From Selaginella moellendorffii (Eukaryota > Plantae > Lycopodiophyta), in contig NW_003314265.1 in NCBI RefSeq assembly GCF_000143415.4, positions 2,869,181-2,933,180 on the forward strand: DNA of 64,000 nucleotides, written 5' to 3'. Shown one piece after another: positions 15,477 through 27,860 of the stretch. The notes under the pieces are model-generated. The model did no database searches and was not told the DNA's origin. It saw nothing but the letters and a program-made list of their open reading frames with translations. The position numbers and the translations under genes were made by a program. Every line of letters begins with the position of its first letter. Position 1 is the stretch's first letter.

Positions 15477-17384
15477 ATGAGGCTGGTGGCATCACGCAGC
15501 AATTCGGCTGCAGCTACCAAGGAGACGCTCGCTTCACTGATCCGCTGCTGCGGCGAAGCAAAGGACCTCGCCCAGGCCAAAGACGTCCACTCCCGGCTCC
15601 TGGCCTGCCCAGCCCACAGATCGAATAAGTTCCTTGCCGATCAGCTCGTGATCATGTATGGAAAATGTGGCAGCGTCGAGAACGCGAGGAAGGTCTTCGA
15701 TTCCATTTCTCAGTGCGATGCCATCTCGTGGAACATCTTGATCGCGGCATATGCCCAAAACGGGCATCTGTACGAGGCAAAGACGCTTTTTAAAGAAACT
15801 CCGCAAAAGGATGTGGTTTCCTGGAACACAGTGATCACTGCTTTCCTTCAAGAAGGTAAAACAAGCATAGCAAATGGATACTTTGATAGAATGCCGCAGA
15901 GGAACGCTGTGTCTGGAAATTTGATGGTCCAAGCGTTTGCCCAGCTCGGGCAAATCGATCGCGCGAAAGAGGTGTTTGATTCAATGCCGGAGGCGAACTC
16001 TTGGTCGTGGGTCGGGCTCATTCTTTGCTACGGCGCTGCCGGCCAAACCGAGCGAGCGCTGGAGGCTTTCATAGCGAGCGTGGATCGCAGCATCGCGACC
16101 TGGACAGCGCTGCTCCAATCGTATGCCCGGATTGGGCATTTGGAGAGATCAAAGGGGGTGTTTGGGCGGATGCCGAAGCACAACCGTGTTGCCGCAAACT
16201 CGATGCTCCAGGGATTGATTCGCAGCGGCCGGATCGTGCAGGCCAAGGCCATTTTCGACGAGATGCCCGAGCGAGACGTGGCATCGTGGACGAGCATTGC
16301 CTTCGCATTCGCCCAAGCCGGAGACCTGGATCAATCCGCGCGTCTCTTCCATCGCTCGCCACAGCTCGACGTTGTGTCGTGCAACTCGATCATCTCGGCC
16401 TTTGGCGCCAGCGGCGAGCTCGAATTCGCGAGATGGGTCTTTGACTCCATGCCCAACGCTGCCAGGAACACGATCTCCTGGACGGCGATGCTCCACGCCC
16501 ACGCCCAGCGCTGCGATCGCGAGGGGGTGAAGAGATGCTTCGACGCAATGCCCACGCACGATCTCGTCTCGTGGGCCGCACTCCTGGGCTGCTACATCCA
16601 TCTGGGCGAGCTCGATCGAGCCAGGGACGCGCTCGCGAGGATGCCCAATTGGAGCGGCCTGGCGTGGAACTCGGTCCTCTCGGCAGCCGCGGAGAACAAC
16701 CTGGTCGCCATGGCGGAACCGCTCTTTCGGGAGATCCCGGACAAGGAGGATCCACTCGCGTGCGCCATGATGATCGGCCTCTACGCCCAGAACGGGCGGA
16801 TCGACCGCGCCTGGGAGGCGTTCATCGGCGTTCCCGAGCGGTCAAGGACGGTCGTGGCGTGGACCGGAATGGTGGGCGGATATGCCCAGACCGGGCATCC
16901 CGAGCGCGCGCTGGAGCTTTTCCGCGAGATGGAGCTCTCGGGCGTCATCCCCGACCGCGTCGCGATGATCACGGTGATGGACGCCTGCAGCCACGCCGGG
17001 GAGCTCGATCGAGGGGTCTGCTACTTCGTGTCGACGCAAGCGGACTATGGGATCGAGAGTTCGTGCGATCACTGGTGCTGCGCGGTGGATCTCCTGGGGC
17101 GCGCCGGGGAGATCGAGCGAGCGGAGGAATTGGTGGACGCGATGCCATTCGTGCCCGGCGGCGCGGTGTGGGGTTCGCTGCTCAATGGGTGCCGGATCCA
17201 GAGGGATCTGGGGCGGGCGATTCGAGCGGCGGAGCAGCTTGTGCTCGATCTGGAGCCAGGGAACTCGGGACCAATTCTGGCGCTTGCGAGCATCTACTGT
17301 GGATTGGATTGGAATGTAGGCGCTCAAACGAAAGAGAGAGAGCTTTCCAAGCAAGAAAAACACAAACGCACGCAAAACAACTGA
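15477..17384 (+). CDS. PLS-class pentatricopeptide repeat protein with C-terminal E-like region and no DYW domain; single exon
   Basis: 635-aa ORF with tandem ~31-aa FDxMPxxxxxSW motifs, then ACSHAG, HWCCAVDLLGRAG, MPFVPGGAVWGSLLNGC. Confidence 0.92.
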   Translation: MRLVASRSNSAAATKETLASLIRCCGEAKDLAQAKDVHSRLLACPAHRSNKFLADQLVIMYGKCGSVENARKVFDSISQCDAISWNILIAAYAQNGHLYEAKTLFKETPQKDVVSWNTVITAFLQEGKTSIANGYFDRMPQRNAVSGNLMVQAFAQLGQIDRAKEVFDSMPEANSWSWVGLILCYGAAGQTERALEAFIASVDRSIATWTALLQSYARIGHLERSKGVFGRMPKHNRVAANSMLQGLIRSGRIVQAKAIFDEMPERDVASWTSIAFAFAQAGDLDQSARLFHRSPQLDVVSCNSIISAFGASGELEFARWVFDSMPNAARNTISWTAMLHAHAQRCDREGVKRCFDAMPTHDLVSWAALLGCYIHLGELDRARDALARMPNWSGLAWNSVLSAAAENNLVAMAEPLFREIPDKEDPLACAMMIGLYAQNGRIDRAWEAFIGVPERSRTVVAWTGMVGGYAQTGHPERALELFREMELSGVIPDRVAMITVMDACSHAGELDRGVCYFVSTQADYGIESSCDHWCCAVDLLGRAGEIERAEELVDAMPFVPGGAVWGSLLNGCRIQRDLGRAIRAAEQLVLDLEPGNSGPILALASIYCGLDWNVGAQTKERELSKQEKHKRTQNN

Positions 17385-17830
17385 GCAATGAAAATTCATC
17401 CTTTCATCCTTATGTGCCAAGAAGAGAGATGCAAAACGTGTATTTTATTAGCACAAGAGTGGTTTAGAGGTGTCATTATGAACGAAATTGCTAAGCTTGA
17501 CCACTTTGTATTTATTCCTTCATTCATTAGCCCCTTACAGGGGTGCATGAGACCCACAAATTGTAGTCAGCCGTTTTGATCTCGTGAGCTTCGTTTGCTG
17601 ACAAATACAGACAAGTTATTTAGCTATGCCATAACAACTATGGTTCAAGCTTTTTCATTTCGCAAATGACACATTTTTGCAAATAATTAGTGAAAGTTTT
17701 TGCAACTTAACATCTTTTCATCCCAATGATATAGTGCTGTTGAAAGATTCTCATGTGGTTGTTCTTCAAGAGTTTTCTTTTATGGATCTAAAATTCTTGT
17801 GCGGGAACTCAAGAGTTTACCCACCTGAGA
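17373..17830 (+). pseudogene. RBOH 3'-part remnant (inverted relative to 23294-26924)
   Basis: Colinear patches encode [20 protein letters not shown] and GSKILVREL; intron sequence also matches (aatgaaaattcatcc vs aatgaaagatcatcc). Confidence 0.85.
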
Positions 17831-19073
17831 ATGTAGTGGCGTGATTGCAATCTCCTTGAACTATAATTTACAAGCTAGAAAAATCAGTAGCAAAAAAGAA
17901 AAAGGAAGGGAATTGTGGTAGCTTCAGCAGCAAAATCGTCTTAAGATTGAAGAGAAAACACCAAAAAGTAGACAACCGAGGAGAAAAGATAGCAAGACAA
18001 AAAATTTATGTAAATTGAAGTATGACAAAGAACACCACAGTGAGCTCAGTCTTGAGGTTGAGAACCTTGGCCTGGAAAGCCACAGTTTGAGCTCTGAGAT
18101 CGTGAACCTCATTTCTGAGAGCCTCAACCTTCTTATCAAACTGAGCTCACGCTCATGAGTTTTGAGGCCTTCAACCTTTGGTTTTGCTACTGCCCTTACA
18201 GCAATGAGCGCGCATTACTTTTGCTTAATGTTCTGTGCAGCCACCTGCTTGCCTTCTACAGCCACCTGTGCCTCGAGCGCATCAAGTTTCGCAAGCACAC
18301 TTTGGTTGAGCAGTTCTTTCACATGTTGTAAAACCTCCTGTTCCTTGCATTCTTCCTGAACACATCCTCTTTTGCTTGCTCTTGCATGAGACAATAGCTC
18401 CTCTTCTGTTTTTCCATGAATAGCTTGGCTACTTCTTTCTTCTCTCAGGGCTTTTCTTTGAGCAAATGGTTTTGATCAAGTGCTCAATTTTGCATGACAT
18501 TTCTAGGAGGCTGTGGCAATGCCTTGTCGAAAGCAAGAGCATATCTTTGCACAATAGCTTCGTTATGCCAGTTTTATCACAAAAGCGCAAACAAAACTAG
18601 AATTACAAAATCACAAGTGGTAATATCTAGAACTCGAGGAAAGTCTTCAATTTTTGGCCACATATCATCTGTCTGAAGCTAATTCAAAATGCTCCATAGA
18701 TATGTATAGCATATTAAATTCATATTAGTATATGAACTGATCATATAACTTTGATTGTGATGTCAATTTCAGTAAAACAAAATAGTAAATAATTTTAGAA
18801 AGCTAAACTTTATGGTTTTTTAAATTTAATGCTATCCATTTAATCAAGAAAATATATCCAGAATAAAGAAAGTAATGTCATTAGAAAAAATAACAAGCCA
18901 AAATGTCTAAAAGAAACTTGTAATTTATATTTATTATTATAAATAAATGAAAACATGTTTTCATTACAATTTAGTTTAAAACTATATTAATTTACACATT
19001 ATTAAATAAAAAATTGGTTTAAACATAATAAATATTTATTATAAATGAAAAGCTATGTTATAAGTGGCATCAA

Positions 19074-19304
19074 NNNNNNNNNNNNNNNNNNNNNNNNNNN
19101 NNNNNNNNNNNNNNNNNNNNNNNNNNNNNNNNNNNNNNNNNNNNNNNNNNNNNNNNNNNNNNNNNNNNNNNNNNNNNNNNNNNNNNNNNNNNNNNNNNNN
19201 NNNNNNNNNNNNNNNNNNNNNNNNNNNNNNNNNNNNNNNNNNNNNNNNNNNNNNNNNNNNNNNNNNNNNNNNNNNNNNNNNNNNNNNNNNNNNNNNNNNN
19301 NNNN
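19074..19304. other. Assembly gap (231 N)
   Basis: Run of n. Confidence 1.
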
Positions 19305-20102
19305 AAGAGTTTAATATCCTCTTAACATTGAGTATTTTAAATATAATGAAAAATATTTTGAAATTAAATAATTGAGTTTTATGATAAAGAAAAGTGCACT
19401 TAATAATATATATTATAATCGTATAAAATATAAAATAGTTGGAAACATATTTTTATGTTGGTTAAAGTAATTAAATTTTATCAATGTTTTTACAAAATAT
19501 AAAAAATATTAAACTTTCTATATGTAATATTTAATTTTATATAATTATTTAAAATTGTTCTTCCAAATGCTCCACCAAAACACTGTTGCTTAATTTTGAT
19601 TTCCCTGTTCTGGAGCTAATGCCAGTAAATTATGCGCCACAAAAGCTTGGTCATGTTTCTATCACTAACAAAGTGATGGACCTCTTTGGCAATGGCAATG
19701 CTCTCTGTAATTGGATCTGCACAAAAGCATAGTGTGTTTAATTGATGAAATCTCTGGAATCTTGATACACAATTACTTGGATTTTTCTGAACTTCCACGA
19801 GAACTGTGATGAATCTTCCTAGTAAACACACTTCACTTGCGTTTCATACCTTATCACTGTTCCAAAATCAACAGACGTATCTTAAATCCGTGTCATTTCA
19901 GTCCGTGCCAGGCTGCTATAGTTTGATCGAGCAGTCCGCCAATTCCTGGCCTGCGTGCACCTAACACTTAGTCTCGAGTCAATCGCCAGCAACGTCGTGA
20001 TATTACTATATACAAAACGTGTATATCAGGAAATACATATAATATGTAGTTTCCTGATATACAATCACCTCGTTTGGTATCGCTGTGTTGACCTTGATCG
20101 CT

Positions 20103-21762
20103 ATGTTGAAGTTTCACTTGTTCTTCATCGCTGTGATCTATTGCACGCTTCGGATCATCAAGGCCAACGATGATGGTGCTGTTTCATTTATCAGGGAAGC
20201 AAACAGCACAACTCTAGAGCACAAGTACGACTATATTGTTGTTGGAGGAGGAACTGCTGGCTGTGCGATCGCTGCAACCCTATCTCAGCGCTGCAAAGTT
20301 CTTGTTCTCGAGCGAGGCGGCTCCCCGTATGGAAATCCGCTGCTCTTGCGGATCGAGAACTCTGGGAACACCTTCGCCAACCCGGGTGGATTGGAGGCTC
20401 CCAATCAGGCATTCACTTCCGAGGATGGCGTCGCAAGCATCAGGCCAAATGTTTTGGGAGGAGGCAGCAGCATCAATGGAGCCGTCTACAATCGTGCTCC
20501 AGACGAGTTTATCAGCGATGCCAAGCTCGACAAGAACTTGGTCGAGAGCTCGTACGCTTGGGTGGAGAAAGTGGTGGCATCCAGGCCAAGAAACTTCAGT
20601 GCTTTCCAGAATTCCATCCGTGGAGCACTGCTCGAAGTCGGTGTAACGCCAGATTTTGGTTTCACTTACAAGTACGTTGTTGGAACAAAAACGACTGGAA
20701 ACACATTTGATAGCCACGGACAGCGTCATCCATCTTCAGATCTTCTTCTCGCTTATGCAAATCACAAGAACATCGATGTGCTGCTCCATGCGACAGTCTA
20801 CAAAGTCTTGTTACAAGGTAAAGTTCTCGTGATGCAATTGCGATCGATCTTGTATCCTTTTCTTCTACAGGAGGACGCAGTCGTGGAGTTCTATACACTG
20901 ACAATCTCGGCCGCTCTCACACAGCTCTTCTCAGCTCTGAAAGAAGTGAAGTTATAATCTCTGCGGGTGCTCTGGGAAGTCCACAGCTACTTATGCTAAG
21001 CGGTGTTGGTCCTAAAACTCACCTCGAGGAGATGGGAATTCCAGTAATCTTGGATTTGCCTAAGGTAGGGAAGGGCATGGGTGATAATCCGACAAACACC
21101 ATCATACTGCGCTCTCGCATTCCTGTTGGAAGCCTGATCCAGCAAGTGGTGGGAGTGAGCAAGTTAAACTTTAGCGCTGGAGGATACATTTTGAGTCAAG
21201 ACTCGGGGGCTATTGCCGGGGAGGTAAACGGCCCTCTATCAACAGGCGAGCTCTTCCTCAAGAGCATAAACGCGAGTGAAACTCCCCGAGTGAGATTCAA
21301 CTATTTCCAGAACCCGGTGGATCTACAACGCTGCATTGCCGGAGTCAACACTTTGGAGGAGATGGTGCTCTCTCGATCCATGGCAGCGCTGGTGTTTGGG
21401 AATCAGTCCCTTCCATCTGGAGGCACGGTGTCTTCGCCGGATCGAAGAAATGCAACGCTCGTTGCGAGTGGATCTGTGAATAGAACCATCAGCGAGTTTT
21501 GCCGGCAAAGTGTTTCGACGAATTACCACTACCATGGGGGATGCCCGCTTGGGGAAGTGGTCGACTGGAGCTTCCGGGTGATGGGCTTGAACGGATTGCG
21601 GGTCGTGGATGGATCTACTTTTTTGTCAACTCCTGGAACCAATCCTCAAGCAACAGTGATGATGCTTGGGAGGTACTCTATTCTGTTCTTTAGTGGATCA
21701 TTGTCTAACTCTCATGGAGCTTTTGCAGATACGTTGGAGTTGAAATTCTGAAAACACGATAG
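20103..21762 (+). CDS. GMC oxidoreductase, HOTHEAD/mandelonitrile-lyase-like; exons 20103-20817, 20871-21672, 21729-21762
   Basis: Signal peptide, [16 protein letters not shown] motif, [48 protein letters not shown]; two GT-AG introns restore the frame. Confidence 0.92.
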
Positions 21763-23140
21763 AATGGCAATTGCTACATTGCTGTGGGGCTAGCATTAAA
21801 TATTTCAAGGAATAAATTATAACATTATGCTAAACATTTGAGCATTAGTGCAAGCATTTATATCTTTTCTTTCCAAGTAATAATAAAATAATAACTTTTT
21901 TTTTATTACTAAAAATTTATTAAGTTAATCAAACTTATAAGCATTAGGATGATATTCATTATATTTTTTGTTTATAAAGCTTATAGTTTTAATTTTGTTT
22001 TGTTAAATAAAGAAAAAATAAAAATTTCTATGGAAAGGTGAAGTTAAAAACAACTTCTAAAGTATAAAAAAGTGTAATTTTATAACAATTATAGAAAAAT
22101 GACAAAAAGAGTTAAAACGTTTTAAAAATAAAATAAAATTTATAGAAAAATACTTTTTTATAGTTTTATCCAAAAGTATCTTAAAGCCATTTTTCCTTAT
22201 ATAATACTCTTTAATTGTATTAATAACAAAAATAAGAAATATATTTTTTATATATTCAATCAATACCACTAATCTTAGTTTTTTCATTAAATAGTAAAGA
22301 AATTACTATGTTATTTCTAAAAATAAATCTTAATTTGTTAACTATGATATTTTCAAATTTATAAAATTCATGTATAAGCGTAAATCCAGTGGTTATTATC
22401 ATTGGTTATTGTCCTGAAGAAAAATGACAAATTATGAATTTGTGTCAATTACAAAAAGTTAAAAAATATTTGATGTAATGCACACCCAAAACCATGAATA
22501 ATATAAACTTATGCATATAATATTCAAAACAATATAAATAAAATTTTTATAAAAATAATTATCTACTAATTTCGAAATTATTTCCCAAATATGTAATATA
22601 TTTATTGTTGCATATTCCAAATAAAATACACATTATGATTTCTTACTAGTAATTATAAAATATAATAATTTTTATTTTTATAAATATAAATTTATTATAT
22701 TAATAAACCTTATAAGCATTAGAATGTGTTATTATAGTTTTTTTTAGACTTTAAATTTTGATATTTTAATTTTTTTTATTAAATAAAAATAACAAAAATA
22801 TTTTATTTCATGTTACTCATTTTGTATTTCTAAGCTAGTGGATGCTACACTTATATAATAGAAGGAAATGAGTTTTAATATTTCAAACTTGTAAACCTCA
22901 TAGTGAGAGAGAATCCAACAATGTATTACACAAGTTTTTGTTCAAAATTCACAACAAAAGTTTAGAAAAATTTTAAAATACAAGTAAGTTTCGTTAATAA
23001 GAATACCACTTTTTTTAGTTTCTTCAAAAATATCTCAAGGACATTTTTTCCATTTTTTATTATCAATGACTAAAAGATGAAGAATGTCATTTTATATATT
23101 CCACCTAATCTTACCTTTTTCCTCTTTTTCTTTTGCAATT

Positions 23141-23270
23141 TACAGTTTAAGGATCTTGCAATCACACCTTTCACCTCCACTACATTTTAGTGTGGGTAAA
23201 TTGCGACTGTAATGTCCTATATGTCGCAGGGGTGGATGTTTAGAGCATGAGAGACAAATGTGGTGTGCCT
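23141..23270 (+). pseudogene. Decayed copy of APC11 last exon and 3' UTR
   Basis: tacagttt..cttgcaatcac..cacctcca..gtgggt..tgtcctat.tgtcgcaggg..tagagcatgagagac matches the reverse complement of 33115-33240. Confidence 0.88.
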
Positions 23271-23293
23271 TTAGTTGCCTGTGAGTATGTGTA

Positions 23294-26200
23294 TCAAAAG
23301 TTCTCCTTATGGAAGTCGAACTTGGTGGCTTGGTTGTGTGAGTATTCTCGTGCTAGGCTATCAAGTTCCCGTGCGAGAATTTTAGATCCACAAAAGAAAA
23401 CTCCTGAAGAACAAACTTAATGAGCAACCTTCAAGAGGACTATCTTTGCGTGTTACCTATCCGAGCGTTTGGATGAAGTGATGCTAAGTTGCCAAAAACT
23501 TTTCTCCAGTTCGGTTTTGCAAAATGTGTCCTGACCTGTTGATCATCGATTAGTTCCAAAATGAGATAAATAAAACTTTTGGTTTTACTCGAGTTCCAGA
23601 GAGGATGTCTACTCCGTTTTTCTCAAGGTGCAAAGCTTGCACCATTGTTATGAGAGCTGATCTCGCATCGTCCTCGGCATAGACACTAGTTAAATAGTTG
23701 TGCATTTCAATCAATGCCTGTGCTTGCATTTGTCAACGTCTAGAATATGAGGGACGTTTACAACATACCGAATGGTCAAGCTCAGCAATTTCGTTCATGA
23801 CGCCTCTGAACCACTCAAATGAGCCTTGCTCTTTTGTAAGCCAGTAAAAATACGCGTTGCATGGGCCGTTAATCTTTCTGAATGACGATTCCTTTTTCAG
23901 AGGTTTCATCTCACTTCTTCGCACCTAGACAATGGTAAGGAAATGGATGATCTTTCATTAAATCTCATACCTTGGGCTCAGTTGTTTTGATGTTATTCAG
24001 TATGTCCTTCAAAATACTGATGAAAGGTGTTGCTCCTATTCCAAGACCGATGAGAAGAAGCACGTCATATTTCTTGTAGTCCTGAGCCGGAGCTCCGTAA
24101 GGACCATCAATCAGCAGTTTAGGAAACCTGTTCCAACGAAAGTAAGGACTAACATCAAGTTTTAACACAAACCGTGACTGAAGTCCAAAGAGATACTCCG
24201 CTTTCAAAGGCCCGCTCTTGTTGCCAACTGGAGGTTCGCAAACCTGTGTAGTTCCAAGTCAATTACCACCAGAAAACTGTCCGATTTAAAGTACCTTGGA
24301 GAAAATTTTTCCCATTTCCCCAGTCCAATCTCCCGATATCCGAATATGAACACTGACAAAATCATCGCTCGGTGCGGAGGTGATGGAGAAAGGATGCCTG
24401 CAGACAACCAGAGACGCCAATCAGTCAACGCTAATAAAGTTAGAACGTTTTTTAATGTAGAACGTGGGAGCACAAACGATACCATTCGAAAGGTGATATC
24501 GATGGGCACTTGATGAATATATACATACCACTTTGGTACTTAAATCCTGGAGGCTTGGTCATGTCCAAAGACAAAACGTTTCCAGGATAGATTGCCGCCT
24601 GAGAAGACGAAAATTATGATCACTAAACTGCCAGAATTATACAACCTTTAGGATTTGAACAGTGGAGTATCCTGCTCGCAGACCGGAAAACGTTCGCTCG
24701 AACATGTACAGCAGTGTTGGAAGAAGAAGATACATCCATGCCTGAAAGAACGAAAGAATTAAGAACTGCAAAATGCCAAAGAAAAACAAAGTAAAGGAAG
24801 GGAAACATTACTTACTGTTTTGTCGACCCAGTCGTGCTTTAAGAACAGGAACATGGAATGTAAGACGAGCATCGTGTAGACAATGATGAACAGATGGTGG
24901 GAGTACCAAAAGGCGTTGAAGCCAGTCAATCTGTGTAACGGCCACGGGAGCTTCACCAGGTTTCTCCGCGAGCGTCCTGATGCTAGAACGAAGGCGACGC
25001 ACATAATGAGGACCATGGCAATGCCTGTAACGCCTTCGATCGATTTTACGAGCTCCCAGTACGTAGGTTGCCTGTTTCCAAAGTCCCCAGCGAGTCCAGC
25101 GGCCATGAACTGCTCGCGAGGGGAATTCGCCAGCCTCGGAAAGTCACAGGTGAGATGAACTCCGCCGTGAAGAACGACTCCAAGGAAGATTGCTCCCCCG
25201 ATTATCTGTAACCACGATGTTGAGAACACGGGAAAAAGATTACCAACTTGCCTTGTGGAAGTTGATGTTGTCATCAAAAGGAATAAGAGATCCCACGGCG
25301 CTTGTGGACCTCAGCCAAGTGATGGAATTCCTACAAACCGGGAGAAGGATGAGAGCCATGTTGAGCTTGAGCGTCTCAGCGGCGCCTTTGGCGACGCATA
25401 TGCAGTACCCGGCAACCAGAAACGACGACTGGTTCTTGTACTGCACGAACTTCCAGGAAAACAGGCACACCACGGCCAAAAGCCACAAGCCCAGCACCCA
25501 CAGTCGCTGCCAGTGCTCGATGAATACGTAGCAAATGCCGCGTACCAAGCCGCTGCCACAAAACATCCTCGGCTGCACCAAAATCTGGCCGTAGTTTCCG
25601 ATTCCGGTCGTCCCTTGGATCAGACTCTCGAGCTGCCAAAGCTGCACGTCAAGCAGGAAAGACAATCCCATGAGAAAACGTACACCACTTTTTTGGAAAA
25701 GAGGAACAAAGTGATGGAAAGAGTGCAAGCTCAGCTGGAAATTTGTTTGTCATGCATGACTATTCTGGCTCCAAAGGCGACTGAATGAATGAATCAGTCC
25801 AAAACTGTGAGAGCTGTGATGCAATGCATGGGATGGGCAAAAAATTCGTTAAAAATAAAAAGAAAGCCATGGACGACGAAAGAGAAGTCCAATGCTAGCT
25901 GCTAGCAGGAGAAGGAATGGAGTACCTCAATGTAGCCTCTTCGCTGGGGGTCCAGCTCTTCCATGATCATCGCAGCGTACTCCTCGGCACGCTCCTTGAG
26001 CTTGGACAGCTTGTTCTCGGACGCGCTCAGCATGATGACCTACAAAATCGCAAACAAAGGACGAGGACGTCACCGCCACCGCTCACCAATTGATCGATCT
26101 TTGTTACCTCCTTCACCTCCGCCTCGGAGATGAGTCCATCCAGATCCTTGTCACACCTAGATCGCAAGGATATCCAGGAGATGATCGAAGAGAAGAAGAA

Positions 26201-26924
26201 ATGGCTTACATGTCGAAGAAGATTTGCATCCTCGAGTCGAAATTCTGGTCCGAAATCTGGAGCCAAAAATCCCTGAGCTCGTCGTAGCTGATCCATTCCA
26301 CGCGCTGCCGATGCTTGAGCTTGCGCCGCGCCAAGGCATCGAAGAGCTCCCCGGCAAACTCTTTAGAGTCTTGCATGCCTAGCAAGAAAGAAAAAAAAAG
26401 AGCGCGATGGATGATCAATCAAACGCAACCAAAATACTTCTCCCACCGATGCAAAGCCCAAAATCCGCCCGCGAGAGGAGCCCCTGGTCGCTGGCCAGCT
26501 TCCAGAATCTCGACTCCACCGCCCGCCATTGCGAATTCGTGGTGCTGATGAATCGCAGGCCCTGGAGCGCGTGCTTGGTCCCGGAGTTGAGGAGCCGCTG
26601 CTTGTTCTTGCTCCACAAATCCTTCCTCAGCACGAACGGGCTGCTGGCAATGGCGTCGCGCAGGCTGATCGGGCTGCGATCGGGCGTGGATTTCGCCGAC
26701 GCCTGCCCCGCGGAGAGCCAGGAGAGCTGCCGGATGAGCGCCAGGCCGCGCGGCGAGCTCCTCGGCGCGCGGCTCTGGGAAGGGTCGTCGACGAGCGTTA
26801 CCGACCTGTGCTCGGGATCGATGTCGATGGTGAGCTCCAGCAAATGCCGCTTGGATCCCTCGCGCTGATCATCTGCCCCCTTGCGATCGCCGAAGCTCTC
26901 GAGCTCTTCTTCCATGCCCGACAT
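23294..26924 (-). CDS. RBOH: Respiratory burst oxidase homolog (NADPH oxidase), multi-exon
   Basis: [12 protein letters not shown]-hand region ([15 protein letters not shown]), [63 protein letters not shown]-terminal [10 protein letters not shown]. Confidence 0.95.
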
Positions 26925-27279
26925 ATACAAAAGAACAGCTACGTCCCCTGGTCGCTAGACTCGATCTATCTATCGATCGGGCTATCGATCGAGCTACAGA
27001 GAGATGGACCCAGCCGGCAAGACATGACATTCGCGCCACAGCAACAGCGTAGCTTCTCAAGCCCCCTTTTGATGGATGACACGATTCCTTCCTTCTAGAA
27101 TTCCAGATTTTCTCTCCTCTTTCTCACGCTCGCCTGATCAAACACGCGGCGACAAACTGCGACAGGCGACCTAGAGATCGGTGGTCCAGTCTCATCAAAT
27201 TCCAATCGGGTACTACTACATTGCGTCAAGATCTAGCGCTAGGGCTCACGCGACAGAGGAGTGTTTGAGTCCCTCTCTA

Positions 27280-27860
27280 TTGTTTTTTCTTCTCTCTCCC
27301 ACTTTCATTCGTTTGACCTCCCCAGTTCTTAGACTCCAATCCAATCCACAGTCAAGTAGCAAACCCCTAGACCGAGCTCCCGGCGTGGCTGCACGCGCCC
27401 ATCACAATGCTCGCCACGTCTCGCTCGGCCATCTCATCGAAGGTTGCCTTGGCCTGCACAATCCAGCCGCTGCGAATCAGTCAGTCCCTGGCGAATTTGC
27501 CCAAACACCGCCCTTTGATCTCTCCAAATGCCGAAGCCGGGCATACGTATAGAGCAGCGCTGTCCAGGTCACGATGCTCCGATCCCCGCTCGCCGTAAAA
27601 GCTTCCAGTGCTCGCTTTGTCTGGCCACCAGCGCCATAGCAAACGATGAGCCCGGCCCACGACCAAGAGTTCGCCTCCAGCATTGAATCAACCACCTCTT
27701 TCTTGCAATCGATTTGCCCGTCATGGGCAAATTCTTGGACCATAAACACAGCGTTCCTTTACGATATTCTCTCAAAATAACCATATACAGGAAGCCACAT
27801 CCTTACTTCAAACAATATCTTTGCTTCCCGTTTTGCCGGATGTTCCACGAGATGGTATCA
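27280..27860 (-). pseudogene. Internally deleted inverted copy of PPR 15477-17384
   Basis: EANSWSWAGLIVCYGAGGQTKRALEAF..TWTALL..HLERSKG is near-identical to the intact PPR; the 3' tag ctgtggattggattgga is also retained. Confidence 0.92.

Noticed and set aside
15446-17467. Long overlapping and antisense ORFs over the PPR (also over the second PPR, WRKY and RBOH)
   Set aside because: These are shadow ORFs expected in GC-rich coding DNA and carry no recognisable motifs.
17840-18690. Coiled-coil-like minus-strand coding remnant
   Set aside because: Interrupted by stops, and the family is not recognisable.
19045-19375. ORFs spanning the N run
   Set aside because: Artefacts of the assembly gap.
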